A stretch of DNA of 37,153 bases from an uncultured virus (IMG/VR IMGVR_UViG_3300012009_000259) (Duplodnaviria; Heunggongvirae; Uroviricota; Caudoviricetes), in the IMG/VR virus record IMGVR_UViG_3300012009_000259, one strand, 5' to 3'. The stretch's first letter is position 1, and every line of letters begins with the position of its first letter. The notes below the pieces were generated by a model. The model was not told where the DNA came from, did no database searches, and saw nothing but the letters and a program-made list of their open reading frames with translations. Both the position numbers and the translations under genes were made by a program. Positions 17,063 through 26,684 of the stretch are shown piece by piece.

Positions 17063-18265
17063 ATGAACGGGCGACTGGGATGGAATGACATTCACGAAGG
17101 CGTAATCAACGACGGATTTCACCTCACCCTGCAATGTACAGACCTGAACGGCAACAGCAACAAGGTCTGGAAGGTGGAGTGGGACAACGGCACCATGAGT
17201 GCCTATTGGGGTAGGGTTGGCGCTAAACTACAATCTTCTTCGAAGAGGGCTACTCCTCACAGCGTGGTCAAGAAGATACGCTCCAAAAGAAAGAAAGGCT
17301 ACGAGATCGTTTCCGAGGGATTTCTTCAGGAAGTCGAAATCGACGCTCCTGAGTCAGTCCGTAAGTTTCTTCGTTGGGCAACAATGTCAGCGAACAACGA
17401 CATTGCATCGTATTACACGGGAGATGTGGGCGGCCTCTCTCCTGCACAGATACAGGCAGGCCAGCAACAGATTGATCTAATTTCCTCTCTTACCCAACAG
17501 CCTTATGACCTACACCAGGTCATAAAAGAAGTAGAGCGTTACTACACGCTTATTCCCTCCAAACTGCCTCATCGTATTGTCCCCGAACAAGTGACAAGGG
17601 ATTTTATTAAAAATCTAGATGAGCAGCAAGAGAGGCTTCGGCAGTTAAGCGCGGCCCAAAAAGGACTCGCCGCGCAACAGGCAGACAAAGTTAGTGTAGA
17701 AGACCTTTTTGGTTGCGGGGTTTTTGAGACTGCGGAAGAACGCAGAGAGGAGATCACCAGGAAGGTGCTGGAGACTGCGCGAAACAAGATTTCCCGTAGA
17801 GACATTCTTGAGGTAGTGAGCCTGGAGTCCCCTGAGCGAAAGGAGAGGTACGAGTCTCTCCCGATAAAGAATGAGGAACCAATACTCTTCCACGGCACAA
17901 AGACGCCCTATGTGCGACACATTGTCCGTCAGGGGCTAGTCCTGTCGAAGGCGGGAACGGGGACTCTTTTTGGGAGAGGGCTTTATTTCGGTAATGAATC
18001 CTCGAAGGCCCTCTCCTACGCAAAGGGGGGAGAGGTTAGGATGTTCTTCATTGCTCGTGTTAATCGAGGCCGAAGTTTTGACCCTACCTCAAAACTAAGC
18101 CAACACGATGTCAGGCGTCTACTAGAACAAGGGTATCATTCCGTATGGGCTCGGAAGGCGCGGCAGATTGATGGTGTTTATCGAGGCTCCCTTGACCATG
18201 ATGAGATCACCATTTACGAAGAGGCTCGACATGATCTAACAGATGTGGTAGTCTTAGCATCTTAA
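17063..18265 (+). CDS. WGR-domain poly(ADP-ribose) polymerase (bacterial PARP)
   Basis: WGR domain (NSNKVW..AYWGRVG..K.KKGY), regulatory-domain-like YYTLIPSKL, catalytic LFHGT / GTLFGRGLYFG..SSKALSY / HDEITIY (H-Y-E triad). Confidence 0.9.
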   Translation: MNGRLGWNDIHEGVINDGFHLTLQCTDLNGNSNKVWKVEWDNGTMSAYWGRVGAKLQSSSKRATPHSVVKKIRSKRKKGYEIVSEGFLQEVEIDAPESVRKFLRWATMSANNDIASYYTGDVGGLSPAQIQAGQQQIDLISSLTQQPYDLHQVIKEVERYYTLIPSKLPHRIVPEQVTRDFIKNLDEQQERLRQLSAAQKGLAAQQADKVSVEDLFGCGVFETAEERREEITRKVLETARNKISRRDILEVVSLESPERKERYESLPIKNEEPILFHGTKTPYVRHIVRQGLVLSKAGTGTLFGRGLYFGNESSKALSYAKGGEVRMFFIARVNRGRSFDPTSKLSQHDVRRLLEQGYHSVWARKARQIDGVYRGSLDHDEITIYEEARHDLTDVVVLAS

Positions 18266-18285
18266 GTTACAGATAGCATTACAGA

Positions 18286-18312
18286 CCCCCCAGGTCTCCC
18301 TGGGGGGCTTCT
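18286..18312. terminator. Intrinsic terminator after the PARP gene
   Basis: CCCCCCAGG-tctc-CCTGGGGGG-CTTCT. Confidence 0.7.
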
Positions 18313-18518
18313 ATTACCTACTTATCTCCAAGAACGTAGGGGACGTAGTACTGAGCGTACATATCGTCCCACATCTTAATCACTTCGTCTGCCCCAACAT
18401 GGAGTAGATGAGATGCGATTACCCCAACTATGGCATAGGCCCTTTCTCCCCAAAGACCATACGCTTTCAGTATCTCTTCAGTAACCTGCTGAACATTAGG
18501 GTTGCTATCTTTAACCGC

Positions 18519-18555
18519 CCCCCACCACCTTATTAAACAGCATAACGTATAATAG
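18519..18555 (+). repeat. Duplicated promoter-like segment (copy 1)
   Basis: CCCCCACCACCTTATTAAACAGCATAACGTATAATAG, one mismatch to 25352-25388. Confidence 0.8.
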
Positions 18556-18560
18556 AATAG

Positions 18561-18761
18561 GGTGTAGGGGAAAAACGCAAGGGGCTTGTTGTGGGCACCC
18601 GCATCCGAAGAAGATTTTCCCACAACTTATCAGGCAAGGAGTACAAGGTTGTGACTCAAGGAGAGCCTCCTTTGTGGGTTAAGCACATGGAAATCAAGAG
18701 GAGATTAAGCGCAGGTAACAAGATACCTGACAGATACCAAAACCCCCCACGGGAGTTTTAA
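18561..18761 (+). pseudogene. 5'-truncated paralog of the 25883/26154 domain family
   Basis: Frame reads RKGLVVGT..HNLSGKEYKVV...LWVKHMEIKRRLSAGNKIPDRY, against QKGIIVET..HNPSGLVYKVV...CWIKKNEVRRRVSTGNPIPQKY at 25883. Confidence 0.7.
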
Positions 18762-18859
18762 GGCTTTTGAAGCCCAAAGAGTGGATCACACTCCTATACC
18801 AGATCAATCATTAGAAGGGATTAGAAAAGACGTGCGCGAGCGCAAAAGGAAGGTGGCAA

Positions 18860-19492
18860 ATGTTTAAAACGGTGATGCAATACGACAGGCACGCTACGCT
18901 CATAAACGTTTACAAAAGGCATGGCGAGGTTTTTTTCGAAATTGCGAGAACTAGCCTTGTGCAAGAGGCTCGCATTTTGCAAGGGAGAGGGAACCTCCTA
19001 AGGGCAGCAATAGAGCAGGGGGGCTCAGAGGTAGACATATTGGCAAAAAAACTGCGCACGTATCCTGTGCGAGTCGAGGTTAAAGTGGGGAGTGGCGAAA
19101 CGACGCTACTCTTTCAGTGTGAGGATATATCTGTCCAAGTCCCCCACCCCCTAGAGTGGTACTCGAAGGTAACCTCTGGGAAAAGTGGGATATATACTCC
19201 CACCGAAAAAGAGATTCGTATAGGCGAATCGTCTGATGATTGGGCACCCGCAATCCTGTGGCGTGATGGGATTGTTACCCTCGAACACACGAAGCTAGTG
19301 TGGGTGAGCTGGAAGATGGATTCGATCAAAAAAATGGTTCACTGTTACATGAGCCCTAAGGATGAAGGCTGCCGGAGGGTTCAAGAGTCCTGGGTCATAA
19401 AGGACAAGTGCTTGAAGGTGTACGGGTTCTGCCATTTCGGGGTCGAAGCCACTGATAAAATAATGTCTTGGGCATTGCGAAATGTTAGATAG
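18860..19492 (+). CDS. Hypothetical protein
   Basis: 210-aa ORF with AAGGAAGG RBS. Confidence 0.7.
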   Translation: MFKTVMQYDRHATLINVYKRHGEVFFEIARTSLVQEARILQGRGNLLRAAIEQGGSEVDILAKKLRTYPVRVEVKVGSGETTLLFQCEDISVQVPHPLEWYSKVTSGKSGIYTPTEKEIRIGESSDDWAPAILWRDGIVTLEHTKLVWVSWKMDSIKKMVHCYMSPKDEGCRRVQESWVIKDKCLKVYGFCHFGVEATDKIMSWALRNVR

Positions 19493-19640
19493 ACACATCA
19501 AGAAAATACAGGAAGATGCAATCACACTGGCTAATGCTTGGAGGTTGCTAAGCAAGGCAGTGTATGGTGGGGACACTCTTGTGTTGGGTCATTTATATGA
19601 GTACGGTCTGTCTGTATGCCCGTGTCTCGCAGCACCCTAA
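19482..19640 (+). pseudogene. Truncated paralog of the 28169 gene N-terminus
   Basis: KKIQEDAITLANAWRLLSKAVYGGDTLVLGHLYE, against GKIQGAVINLYDIWGFLVEATKGDDAALGYLYD at 28169. Confidence 0.55.
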
Positions 19641-20007
19641 CCCCCCAGATGGAACGGGGGCAGAGCCGCTCCCAGGCTCACCTTTTAATTTCTTGAGCAA
19701 CTCCCACATAGTAGGAGAGTGTGCCAACGAAGATTGTCTTGGGAATGCGGTCATTTGTCGCGGGATGTATAATGACGGGAAGGGGGTGTTGCGGATAGGA
19801 AAAGTGAAGTCTGGGGAGTGGGGGCCAACCCGTAGTGTCCTACGCATTTTTCTCCAAAACGCTGCCGTGGCTACTCTCTCCACTCCGAGGAACCTTGCTG
19901 AGAGTTTTCGCGGTGCTGCTGAGAAGGACGCCCCCATTTATGTCTGGTACGACCTCGCAAAGGGGCGTTATCTCTTTGGGAGTGCAAACACTTACTGCCA
20001 AAAATGA
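19597..20007 (+). CDS. Hypothetical protein, N-truncated paralog of 29451..29927
   Basis: Shared CLYARV.Q.PNPPDGTGA.PLPGSP..F...S..VGECA.EDC.G. Confidence 0.65.
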   Translation: MSTVCLYARVSQHPNPPDGTGAEPLPGSPFNFLSNSHIVGECANEDCLGNAVICRGMYNDGKGVLRIGKVKSGEWGPTRSVLRIFLQNAAVATLSTPRNLAESFRGAAEKDAPIYVWYDLAKGRYLFGSANTYCQK

Positions 20008-20047
20008 GGGCAGATATTTGTCCAATATAGGCGTATAGGAGGCATCA

Positions 20048-20746
20048 ATGCTAACTGAGCGAGATGTTAGTGATCTAATTTGTGCTGGCCCAAAAGCGCT
20101 AGAACCATTCGCGGTTCATTACCCAGGCCTTTCGGGTGTATCCCCCGACGAGAACTTTTTCTTTTGCAGTGCAGACATGTTTTTGGTTGCCTGGCTTAGG
20201 AAGGAGCAACCTAGGTATTTGTACTGGGTTAACGAGGACGGTGTAGACAAGAAGAAGTTGACAAAAAAAGAAGCCCATATACTGTTTGGCAAAGTACGCG
20301 AAGCAGAAAAACGAAAGCAACAGAAAATAGACGCTAAAAAGAGGAAACGACAAAACTACATTGATAAAAATAGAGAGCGGCTTGTCAGAGACGCCTTATG
20401 TTTTCTTTACACCCTTTCAGAAGAACAGATGACTGATACTCGTTATAACAAAGACCTTCAAGAGTATCTAGAAGAATGGCTCATTGATTTGAAGGGAAGT
20501 AAGAAATATGCTGATATATGCCAGAAGGGGCAACAGATAATACAGGACAGAATCCTCGAAGGATGGTCTTTGTATGAAAAAGGCCCCAAACTAGCTTATA
20601 TGGATCACGGGCTAATACAGCAGGAGTCCTTCTTCGGGCACCCTAAGTACAGTTTTGCATTTGTTATAGAAGAAATATACCATCCTGATTGGGGGACGGT
20701 TGATTATCTGAATATAGAAGATCAAATAAAGTTAATAGATAGATAG
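20048..20746 (+). CDS. Hypothetical protein
   Basis: AGGAGG RBS, 232 aa. Confidence 0.75.
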   Translation: MLTERDVSDLICAGPKALEPFAVHYPGLSGVSPDENFFFCSADMFLVAWLRKEQPRYLYWVNEDGVDKKKLTKKEAHILFGKVREAEKRKQQKIDAKKRKRQNYIDKNRERLVRDALCFLYTLSEEQMTDTRYNKDLQEYLEEWLIDLKGSKKYADICQKGQQIIQDRILEGWSLYEKGPKLAYMDHGLIQQESFFGHPKYSFAFVIEEIYHPDWGTVDYLNIEDQIKLIDR

Positions 20747-20792
20747 TGCGCCTTCCTCCACCGTATGAAAGCCGATGGTTTCCAAGCACGAA
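20747..20792. mobile_element. Possible orphan IS200/IS605-family end
   Basis: CGCCTTCCTCCACCGTATGAAAGCCGATGGTTTCC resembles the TTCCTCCCC..AAAG..GGGGTTTCC terminal hairpins of IS605-type elements; no tnpA/tnpB nearby. Confidence 0.35.
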
Positions 20793-21067
20793 ACCATCAT
20801 AATGACAAAAGCATTGTTAAAGAGGCAGGCTGCCTAATCTACTTTTATCTAAACATAGACCCAGGAGTCCGTAATGGACGTTAATAGCGTAATCAAAAAA
20901 GTCTTGTCGAGCCCCCAGAAGGTTGACGATGAAGGCTTATTGCCCGAATGGAATAGGCGAATTTCTATTAACTGAATCTGCTCATAGAACTAGACTGACA
21001 CAGTGTTTTGCGAGGATTGGTCAAACTCGTTTCACTGTAATCTACAACATAGAGAGAGAGGTATTAA

Positions 21068-23935
21068 ATGTCACAACTGCAATATATTGGATTTAGGAAG
21101 AAATTACCAACGGACAAATACGAGCAGGTCATAGACAGGGATGGGTACAGCTGTGAGGAAGATGTTGTAGAGGGAACTAGAGTATATCGAGCCTCTCACG
21201 GATTATCAGTTTCCTTCAACATAGGGGAAAAAGTCTATATCACAGCATTGCCTACTGAAGATGGTTCAATGGAGGAAGGGGCGCAACAATACCCCTCTAA
21301 CGCGATTGTATTCGCAGACCCTATTTCTATAGAGGATGCTGTCGCATTACTTGTGCAAAACAAAGAAGCCCCGCAGTTCAAAGAATCTATTAGCGCACTG
21401 TTTACTTACCTAGTATTAAATGCAGATGCTCCTTGTGCAGGATTTAGAACGCTCTCCCCCCTCACGGAAATATATGTCCCATCAAAAATAGAAGATGCTC
21501 GCCCCTTTTTAAGCCATGATTGGGCTTTACAGAATGAGGGGCGCATAGCGCCTGAGATTTGGAGGGCAGCAATCTTCGGGGGGGAAAAATATAATCAGTG
21601 CGCTTATGAAGTATGTAAGTTATCTCCTCCTAAAGACATCCTTTTGTATCTAAATAGTCGCCTTGACCTAGAAAGCCTTGATATTGATAATCCTGCTCCT
21701 GAATTCTTGGGGGCTCTGTTCTTCGCTCAGGGGGATAGGGAGTTTGATGGTAAGTGGCTCCTAAAGGCGTATAAGGCCTGGGGGGATAAGTCACCTGTGC
21801 AATTGAAAGAGGCGCTAACTAATCAACTGGCCCAAATTCCATATAAGACATTGTGGAAAGAATACAAAACCAAGCGATGTTTAGATTTTGTTGGTGAGTA
21901 TGTAGAAGAGAACATTGACCGTGCTCCCATTGATGTGGCCTGGCGTATGTGGAAAGAACGCATGATAGAGAAAGGGGGGGCTCCTGACCCACTGACTGCT
22001 CGTGTGGCTGAAAACATAGACGAGATTGGGGCAGAAAAGTACCCCGACCTATGGGCTATTAGAAAGCAATACGGAGATCAAGCCCCCGATTTTGTATTAG
22101 AGGTCTTAAAAGATTGGGGTGAATACCTGTCACAAGCTACTTCATCTGAAAAGAGTAAGGCTCTCTCATTGTCCAAAGAGATTGTAAAAACAGACCCCAA
22201 TCTTAGAACGCCCGTCTCTTTAGCCGTGGCACGTCAATTCGGGAGGTGTGACTTCATTGAGGATATATGGGGGGACGCCCACACCGACGAGTGGCGCAAG
22301 GGCCACGACATGGGAAAGGCGAGCACTGCGGATATATCTTTTGCTTGGCAGCGTTCAGATAAAGCCAGACTTCAACTACTGAAAGACGTAGCTAGAACAG
22401 GCGACACTGAGCAGGTCTATGAAGTATGGCATAACGCCACAAGAGAGCAACGAAAAGCGGCATGGAAATTAAAAAGCGTTAGAAACAACACAAACATGTT
22501 TAGTGGCAGTCCTACTGATCTAGCATATTTATTAAAATGTGATGGTGCTGAAGAAATAAGAGAGAAGTTTGTCGAATATACCAGGCGTAATTGGGATAAA
22601 GATAATCGGAAGCGTGTCGGGAATTTGTTGGTGGAATTTAGTACTAACGATGAGAGAGATCGTGAAGTAAGAGAGTTTTTAAGAGACAGGATACGCCCAA
22701 GACCAGGTGATGATTTTATATTACAAGCTATCCGAAATTGGGAACCCTCTGTTGTTTTATCATGTTTTACGCCAGAAGAAATAAAGCATGCAGTAACAAT
22801 GAATATCAGGAGTGAACATTGGGGACTCTATTTAATGTACTGTCTTGGCGACTATCCTTTTGATATATTCAAGGAGGTTATAGATGTTATTCTTGATCGT
22901 CTAGCTAGGAATAGGGCATATAGTAAAGTGCGAGCTTGGTTTTTTGAAGATAGTCTAGACTCATATAAGGGAGAGAAACAGAAGTATTTCAAGGAAGGGT
23001 TTATCAGGGTTGCATCACAAGGCATTCGTAGAGGTGATAAAAAGGAGTACTTAATAGGTCTCTTTAAGATATTTAGAGAGATGCCTAAAAACGAATGGGA
23101 TGACAGGCTTTTGGCCGCTGCCATGGAAAATTTTAGCACCAAACATTTTAAAGAGGTTTATGCTGCGCGTTCTCAGAATGTGTGTATGCACTTTATATCT
23201 CATCATCCTGAGCATATTGATGTTAGCCCTATTATTAGAAAATTAGATATATCATCACTCCGTAGTGTAATATATAAAGAATCTGACACTCATACAGTTG
23301 TTTCCGCAGCCAGGGTCTTGGCTGAAAGAAGCAAGAGAGTATCCGTAGATGACCTAATAGACAACATAAAACTCATGTGGGAAGAAGTTCCTAGAGATAT
23401 GTGGGATAGTAATATGCTCCGTGAGGCCATCGGGAACCTTGATACAGATGAGTTACATCAGGTGGTAGAAAAACTGCCTATATCAGCACTTCCATCAGAC
23501 CTGGTGGTTAATGCCATGATGGAAATGGATGTAAAGAATTTGTGCTGGTTTATAGAGGTGGTCGGCGTTAGGACATGGACTCCTGAACACTCTTTACGAT
23601 ATGCCAAGGACTTACCCTTGGCTAATCTGATGTCTTTTCTTAGCCGAGTTCCTGTCAACCGCATACACCCTCATCTCTTCTTCAAGGTATCACAAGTGCC
23701 CCTTGCTTTCAAAGAGGTTTTAACACAATGGGGCGATTACAAGAGGAGGTCTTTTATCCTTTTCCTGATCAAGAACAAGAAGAACGCCAAGATATTGAGA
23801 GGCATCATACAGGCAGGGAATATCACTCCTGATGAGGCATGGCCCCCAAGATTAAGCAAGGTCATAGTCAATGCAGGTGGTCAGTGGGGTAGGGCTACTG
23901 AGAACTGGACATCGACTAAGAAGCAAATTACTTAG
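21068..23935 (+). CDS. Large (955 aa) predicted alpha-helical protein of unknown function
   Basis: GAGG RBS, long ORF with amphipathic helical character, no recognised catalytic motif. Confidence 0.8.
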   Translation: MSQLQYIGFRKKLPTDKYEQVIDRDGYSCEEDVVEGTRVYRASHGLSVSFNIGEKVYITALPTEDGSMEEGAQQYPSNAIVFADPISIEDAVALLVQNKEAPQFKESISALFTYLVLNADAPCAGFRTLSPLTEIYVPSKIEDARPFLSHDWALQNEGRIAPEIWRAAIFGGEKYNQCAYEVCKLSPPKDILLYLNSRLDLESLDIDNPAPEFLGALFFAQGDREFDGKWLLKAYKAWGDKSPVQLKEALTNQLAQIPYKTLWKEYKTKRCLDFVGEYVEENIDRAPIDVAWRMWKERMIEKGGAPDPLTARVAENIDEIGAEKYPDLWAIRKQYGDQAPDFVLEVLKDWGEYLSQATSSEKSKALSLSKEIVKTDPNLRTPVSLAVARQFGRCDFIEDIWGDAHTDEWRKGHDMGKASTADISFAWQRSDKARLQLLKDVARTGDTEQVYEVWHNATREQRKAAWKLKSVRNNTNMFSGSPTDLAYLLKCDGAEEIREKFVEYTRRNWDKDNRKRVGNLLVEFSTNDERDREVREFLRDRIRPRPGDDFILQAIRNWEPSVVLSCFTPEEIKHAVTMNIRSEHWGLYLMYCLGDYPFDIFKEVIDVILDRLARNRAYSKVRAWFFEDSLDSYKGEKQKYFKEGFIRVASQGIRRGDKKEYLIGLFKIFREMPKNEWDDRLLAAAMENFSTKHFKEVYAARSQNVCMHFISHHPEHIDVSPIIRKLDISSLRSVIYKESDTHTVVSAARVLAERSKRVSVDDLIDNIKLMWEEVPRDMWDSNMLREAIGNLDTDELHQVVEKLPISALPSDLVVNAMMEMDVKNLCWFIEVVGVRTWTPEHSLRYAKDLPLANLMSFLSRVPVNRIHPHLFFKVSQVPLAFKEVLTQWGDYKRRSFILFLIKNKKNAKILRGIIQAGNITPDEAWPPRLSKVIVNAGGQWGRATENWTSTKKQIT

Positions 23936-23939
23936 AGTC

Positions 23940-24116
23940 TATATAGCGCCCCTCAAAGTCAGGCAATCGACATTGGGGGGCTTCGCTCATTTCGGCCCAA
24001 AAGCCACCCATAAGATAATGACATGGGCGATTAGCCACATCAGCGTCTAACGGGAGACGCGCAAGGTGAAGCAATATGTCTATCCGTACCAGAGCAAATG
24101 AGGGGCGCCGTATATA
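23940..24116. ncRNA. Candidate structured non-coding RNA
   Basis: Nested pairings GCGCCCCTCA/TGAGGGGCGC, GACAT/ATGTC and GCTTCGC/GTGAAGC, plus two inner hairpins, in an intergenic gap with no ORF in the track. Confidence 0.4.
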
Positions 24117-24203
24117 CAGGCAGGGTTGACCCTAACGCCCCCAAGATCATTCTGTGGTATCTGTCTTTGAAGGTGTCTACCATCGTACACATGGAGGTAA
24201 ACT

Positions 24204-24677
24204 ATGAAAAAGAGAGTGTATTACACATCGTTCGGAAAAAATGAAGAGGTAATAGAGTCTTTGGATACCTCTGATGGCACAACCTACGTTATTGCCAAAG
24301 AGGGTAGACAAAGGGGTTCGCTCGCTGATTGCTTCTATGTCATGGCCCGCCTCGTTAGGGTTGCTGATAGAAAAGCAATAGGCATAGACAAGAAGGTGGG
24401 GAGAGGGAAGAAGGATATTAAGAGCACCGATACAACAGTTATAACTTCTGACCGCCAAAGCACCGTGAGGGTTGCTATCCACGACAAGTTGCTCCATGAT
24501 GCTATTTTCTATTGTGACTATGGTAACGTAGTACATATTGTGGTTAAAGAAGAAGGTAATCAGGCCACAATTGTGCGCATGTGGAAGGAAGGGAAAGTAT
24601 TAAACATCATGTTAGGGAGGGGGACAACTGTGTTGACCATCCTTCCAGCGGATATAATCTCTAAGGGGGCCGCATGA
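24204..24677 (+). CDS. Hypothetical protein, paralog of 25416..25865
   Basis: GGAGG RBS; shared YTSFGK, LA(D/E)CF.VMA and RMWK motifs. Confidence 0.75.
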   Translation: MKKRVYYTSFGKNEEVIESLDTSDGTTYVIAKEGRQRGSLADCFYVMARLVRVADRKAIGIDKKVGRGKKDIKSTDTTVITSDRQSTVRVAIHDKLLHDAIFYCDYGNVVHIVVKEEGNQATIVRMWKEGKVLNIMLGRGTTVLTILPADIISKGAA

Positions 24678-25369
24678 AGTGGGTCTTCAAGACTGGGATT
24701 GTGGCAAAGGGCTTATCTGGGGGGGCAATGCGAACGGCCCTTTTTAAGCCGCACATACACAATGATAAAGTAGGTTGTAACCTGGTGCTCTTGTATGAGT
24801 CCTACAGATATGGGAAGATAAAACCTCCACTTTCTGAAGAGCAAAAGAGGGGTATACAAGGACAGGTTGACACATTCAGCCCAGGTGACTCAGGGGCAGA
24901 GGATATTAGACCTCCACCCCTAATAGACAGGCACACCCCTCCTAAACTCTACAAAGGGGGAGTAGTCATCCTTAAAACAAGGGACTTATCCTTACGCCTT
25001 GGACTTGATGACTTTTTCTCGCTTGAGGAAATAATCCACAAGACCCAGAGTGGTGTTATGCTTAGCAAAGGCAAGGGCAACATACGGCAAGGGGTAGCCT
25101 GGGACAACGGTCAAGGTGTTATAACCTCTATTAAAGTAGTCTCCATGAATGTACCCGTGGCAGTATTTAGGGCGGGGGCTCTAGAATGCAAAGAAGGAAA
25201 AAGTCTCACAGTGCGCACTAAGCGCGAAGTATTTGGTTTTTCTCCATCCATTCCATCCGTGGAAGTTGTATCCCTATCAACTTCCTACCGCAAATCTATC
25301 ACGGAGGAGCCAGCGCGGTACTTGTTTGACTGGGTGCTTGAGAATACAAATCCCCCACCACCTTATTAA
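24674..25369 (+). CDS. Hypothetical protein
   Basis: ATGA overlap with the upstream gene. Confidence 0.7.
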   Translation: MKWVFKTGIVAKGLSGGAMRTALFKPHIHNDKVGCNLVLLYESYRYGKIKPPLSEEQKRGIQGQVDTFSPGDSGAEDIRPPPLIDRHTPPKLYKGGVVILKTRDLSLRLGLDDFFSLEEIIHKTQSGVMLSKGKGNIRQGVAWDNGQGVITSIKVVSMNVPVAVFRAGALECKEGKSLTVRTKREVFGFSPSIPSVEVVSLSTSYRKSITEEPARYLFDWVLENTNPPPPY

Positions 25370-25388
25370 GCAGCATAACGTATAATAG
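25352..25388 (+). repeat. Duplicated promoter-like segment (copy 2)
   Basis: CCCCCACCACCTTATTAAGCAGCATAACGTATAATAG. Confidence 0.8.
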
Positions 25389-25415
25389 GGCATAGACAAC
25401 CAACAGGGGGGCTTT

Positions 25416-25865
25416 ATGGGCGGCATTTACACCTCGTTTGGGAAGCCTGTAGGTGGGGTTATCTCAGAAGTGTTGAGCACCAAGATTTCAGAAGTCTACA
25501 TACTTGCCAAAGGAAGAGACCGATCTGGTATGCTTGCGGAATGCTTCTCGGTTATGGCAACTATGCTAAATGTAGGCGAGAAAGATACTGTAGAACTAGA
25601 TCGTCAAGTAAGACGAAGGGGCCGCCATGAGAGTGCTTATATAGAAGCAGTTGGAGAAGGTGAAGCCTGTTTATCCATAAAAATCCCAAGCAAGATTCTC
25701 CACAGCGCATGTTGCTGTTTTGACCACGGCAGTGTAACTCATATCCTGGTCAGGAGTGGAGAACAGGCCAAAGTAATTCGCATGTGGAAACATAGCAGAA
25801 ACCCACCTCTAAACATTGCGATAGGTCAGCCGCTGTCAAAGATATGCTGCTCCCCAGTAGTATAG
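25416..25865 (+). CDS. Hypothetical protein, paralog of 24204..24677
   Basis: AGGGGG RBS; motifs shared with 24204. Confidence 0.75.
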   Translation: MGGIYTSFGKPVGGVISEVLSTKISEVYILAKGRDRSGMLAECFSVMATMLNVGEKDTVELDRQVRRRGRHESAYIEAVGEGEACLSIKIPSKILHSACCCFDHGSVTHILVRSGEQAKVIRMWKHSRNPPLNIAIGQPLSKICCSPVV

Positions 25866-25882
25866 TAGCGTAGGAGGATAAG

Positions 25883-26161
25883 ATGCCGAAACCCTATGGA
25901 GTTGGAGATTTAATACTATATCGTTTCTTTAATGTTCCTGAGCAGACTTTCTACAAGCCCCCTCAAAAGGGCATCATTGTAGAGACACAAGAGTCTAAGA
26001 GGACTCAACATAACCCATCGGGGTTGGTGTATAAAGTTGTTGGGAAAGACCGAATAGCGTGTTGGATAAAGAAGAATGAGGTTCGAAGGCGCGTTAGTAC
26101 AGGCAACCCTATTCCCCAGAAATACCGTGACTGCCTAAGTCCACGAGGGCGCAATGCCTAG
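25883..26161 (+). CDS. Small SH3/KOW-like beta-barrel protein (one repeat)
   Basis: AGGAGG RBS; Y.VGDL..YR.....GIIV....YKV....W(I/V)K. Confidence 0.7.
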   Translation: MPKPYGVGDLILYRFFNVPEQTFYKPPQKGIIVETQESKRTQHNPSGLVYKVVGKDRIACWIKKNEVRRRVSTGNPIPQKYRDCLSPRGRNA

Positions 26162-26684
26162 ATACACCCCAGGAGATCAAGTAGTCTTTCGGTTCTACGA
26201 CTGCGATGAGGGTTTATATGGAGACAGGCATGTTGGAGTAGTCATTGACTTTCGCTCAGTCCAAAAGCGTAAGTGTGCCCCTTCGGGCATGGAGTACAAG
26301 ATAGTAGATGAGTCCCGTATAGCACACTGGGTTAAACAGCGTGCGATTATAAGACTTGTGAGAAAACACAACGCGCAGCAGCAGAGGTACAAAGAAGAGG
26401 TGGGGACACCCCCTGAAGGGCCATATTCAGTGGGTGACCTCGTAGAGTACAGGTTGTACAACTGCTGTGATAAGCGATATTATGGCGAGATGCGCATGGG
26501 GATAGTTGCAGATGAAAGACAAAGACACACCCCGCAGTGTAAAAATAACCTATTCGAGTTTATGGTGATAAGTCATAGCCCCCAAAGAGTGCTGTGGGTA
26601 AAAGCCTTTGAGGTTAAAAGGGTAATAAGCAGAGGTAACCCAGTCCCCCAACACCCTGACCTAAAAATAGGAGAAAAAGCATGA
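26154..26684 (+). CDS. SH3/KOW-like protein with two tandem repeats
   Basis: YTPGDQVVFRFYDC.. and YSVGDLVEYRLYNC.. repeats. Confidence 0.75.
   Translation: MPRYTPGDQVVFRFYDCDEGLYGDRHVGVVIDFRSVQKRKCAPSGMEYKIVDESRIAHWVKQRAIIRLVRKHNAQQQRYKEEVGTPPEGPYSVGDLVEYRLYNCCDKRYYGEMRMGIVADERQRHTPQCKNNLFEFMVISHSPQRVLWVKAFEVKRVISRGNPVPQHPDLKIGEKA

Noticed and set aside
18318..18623. 101-aa minus-strand ORF
   Set aside because: Its 5' half overlaps the promoter repeat and the plus-strand gene relic and it has no clear RBS; at most the 3' part is a remnant.
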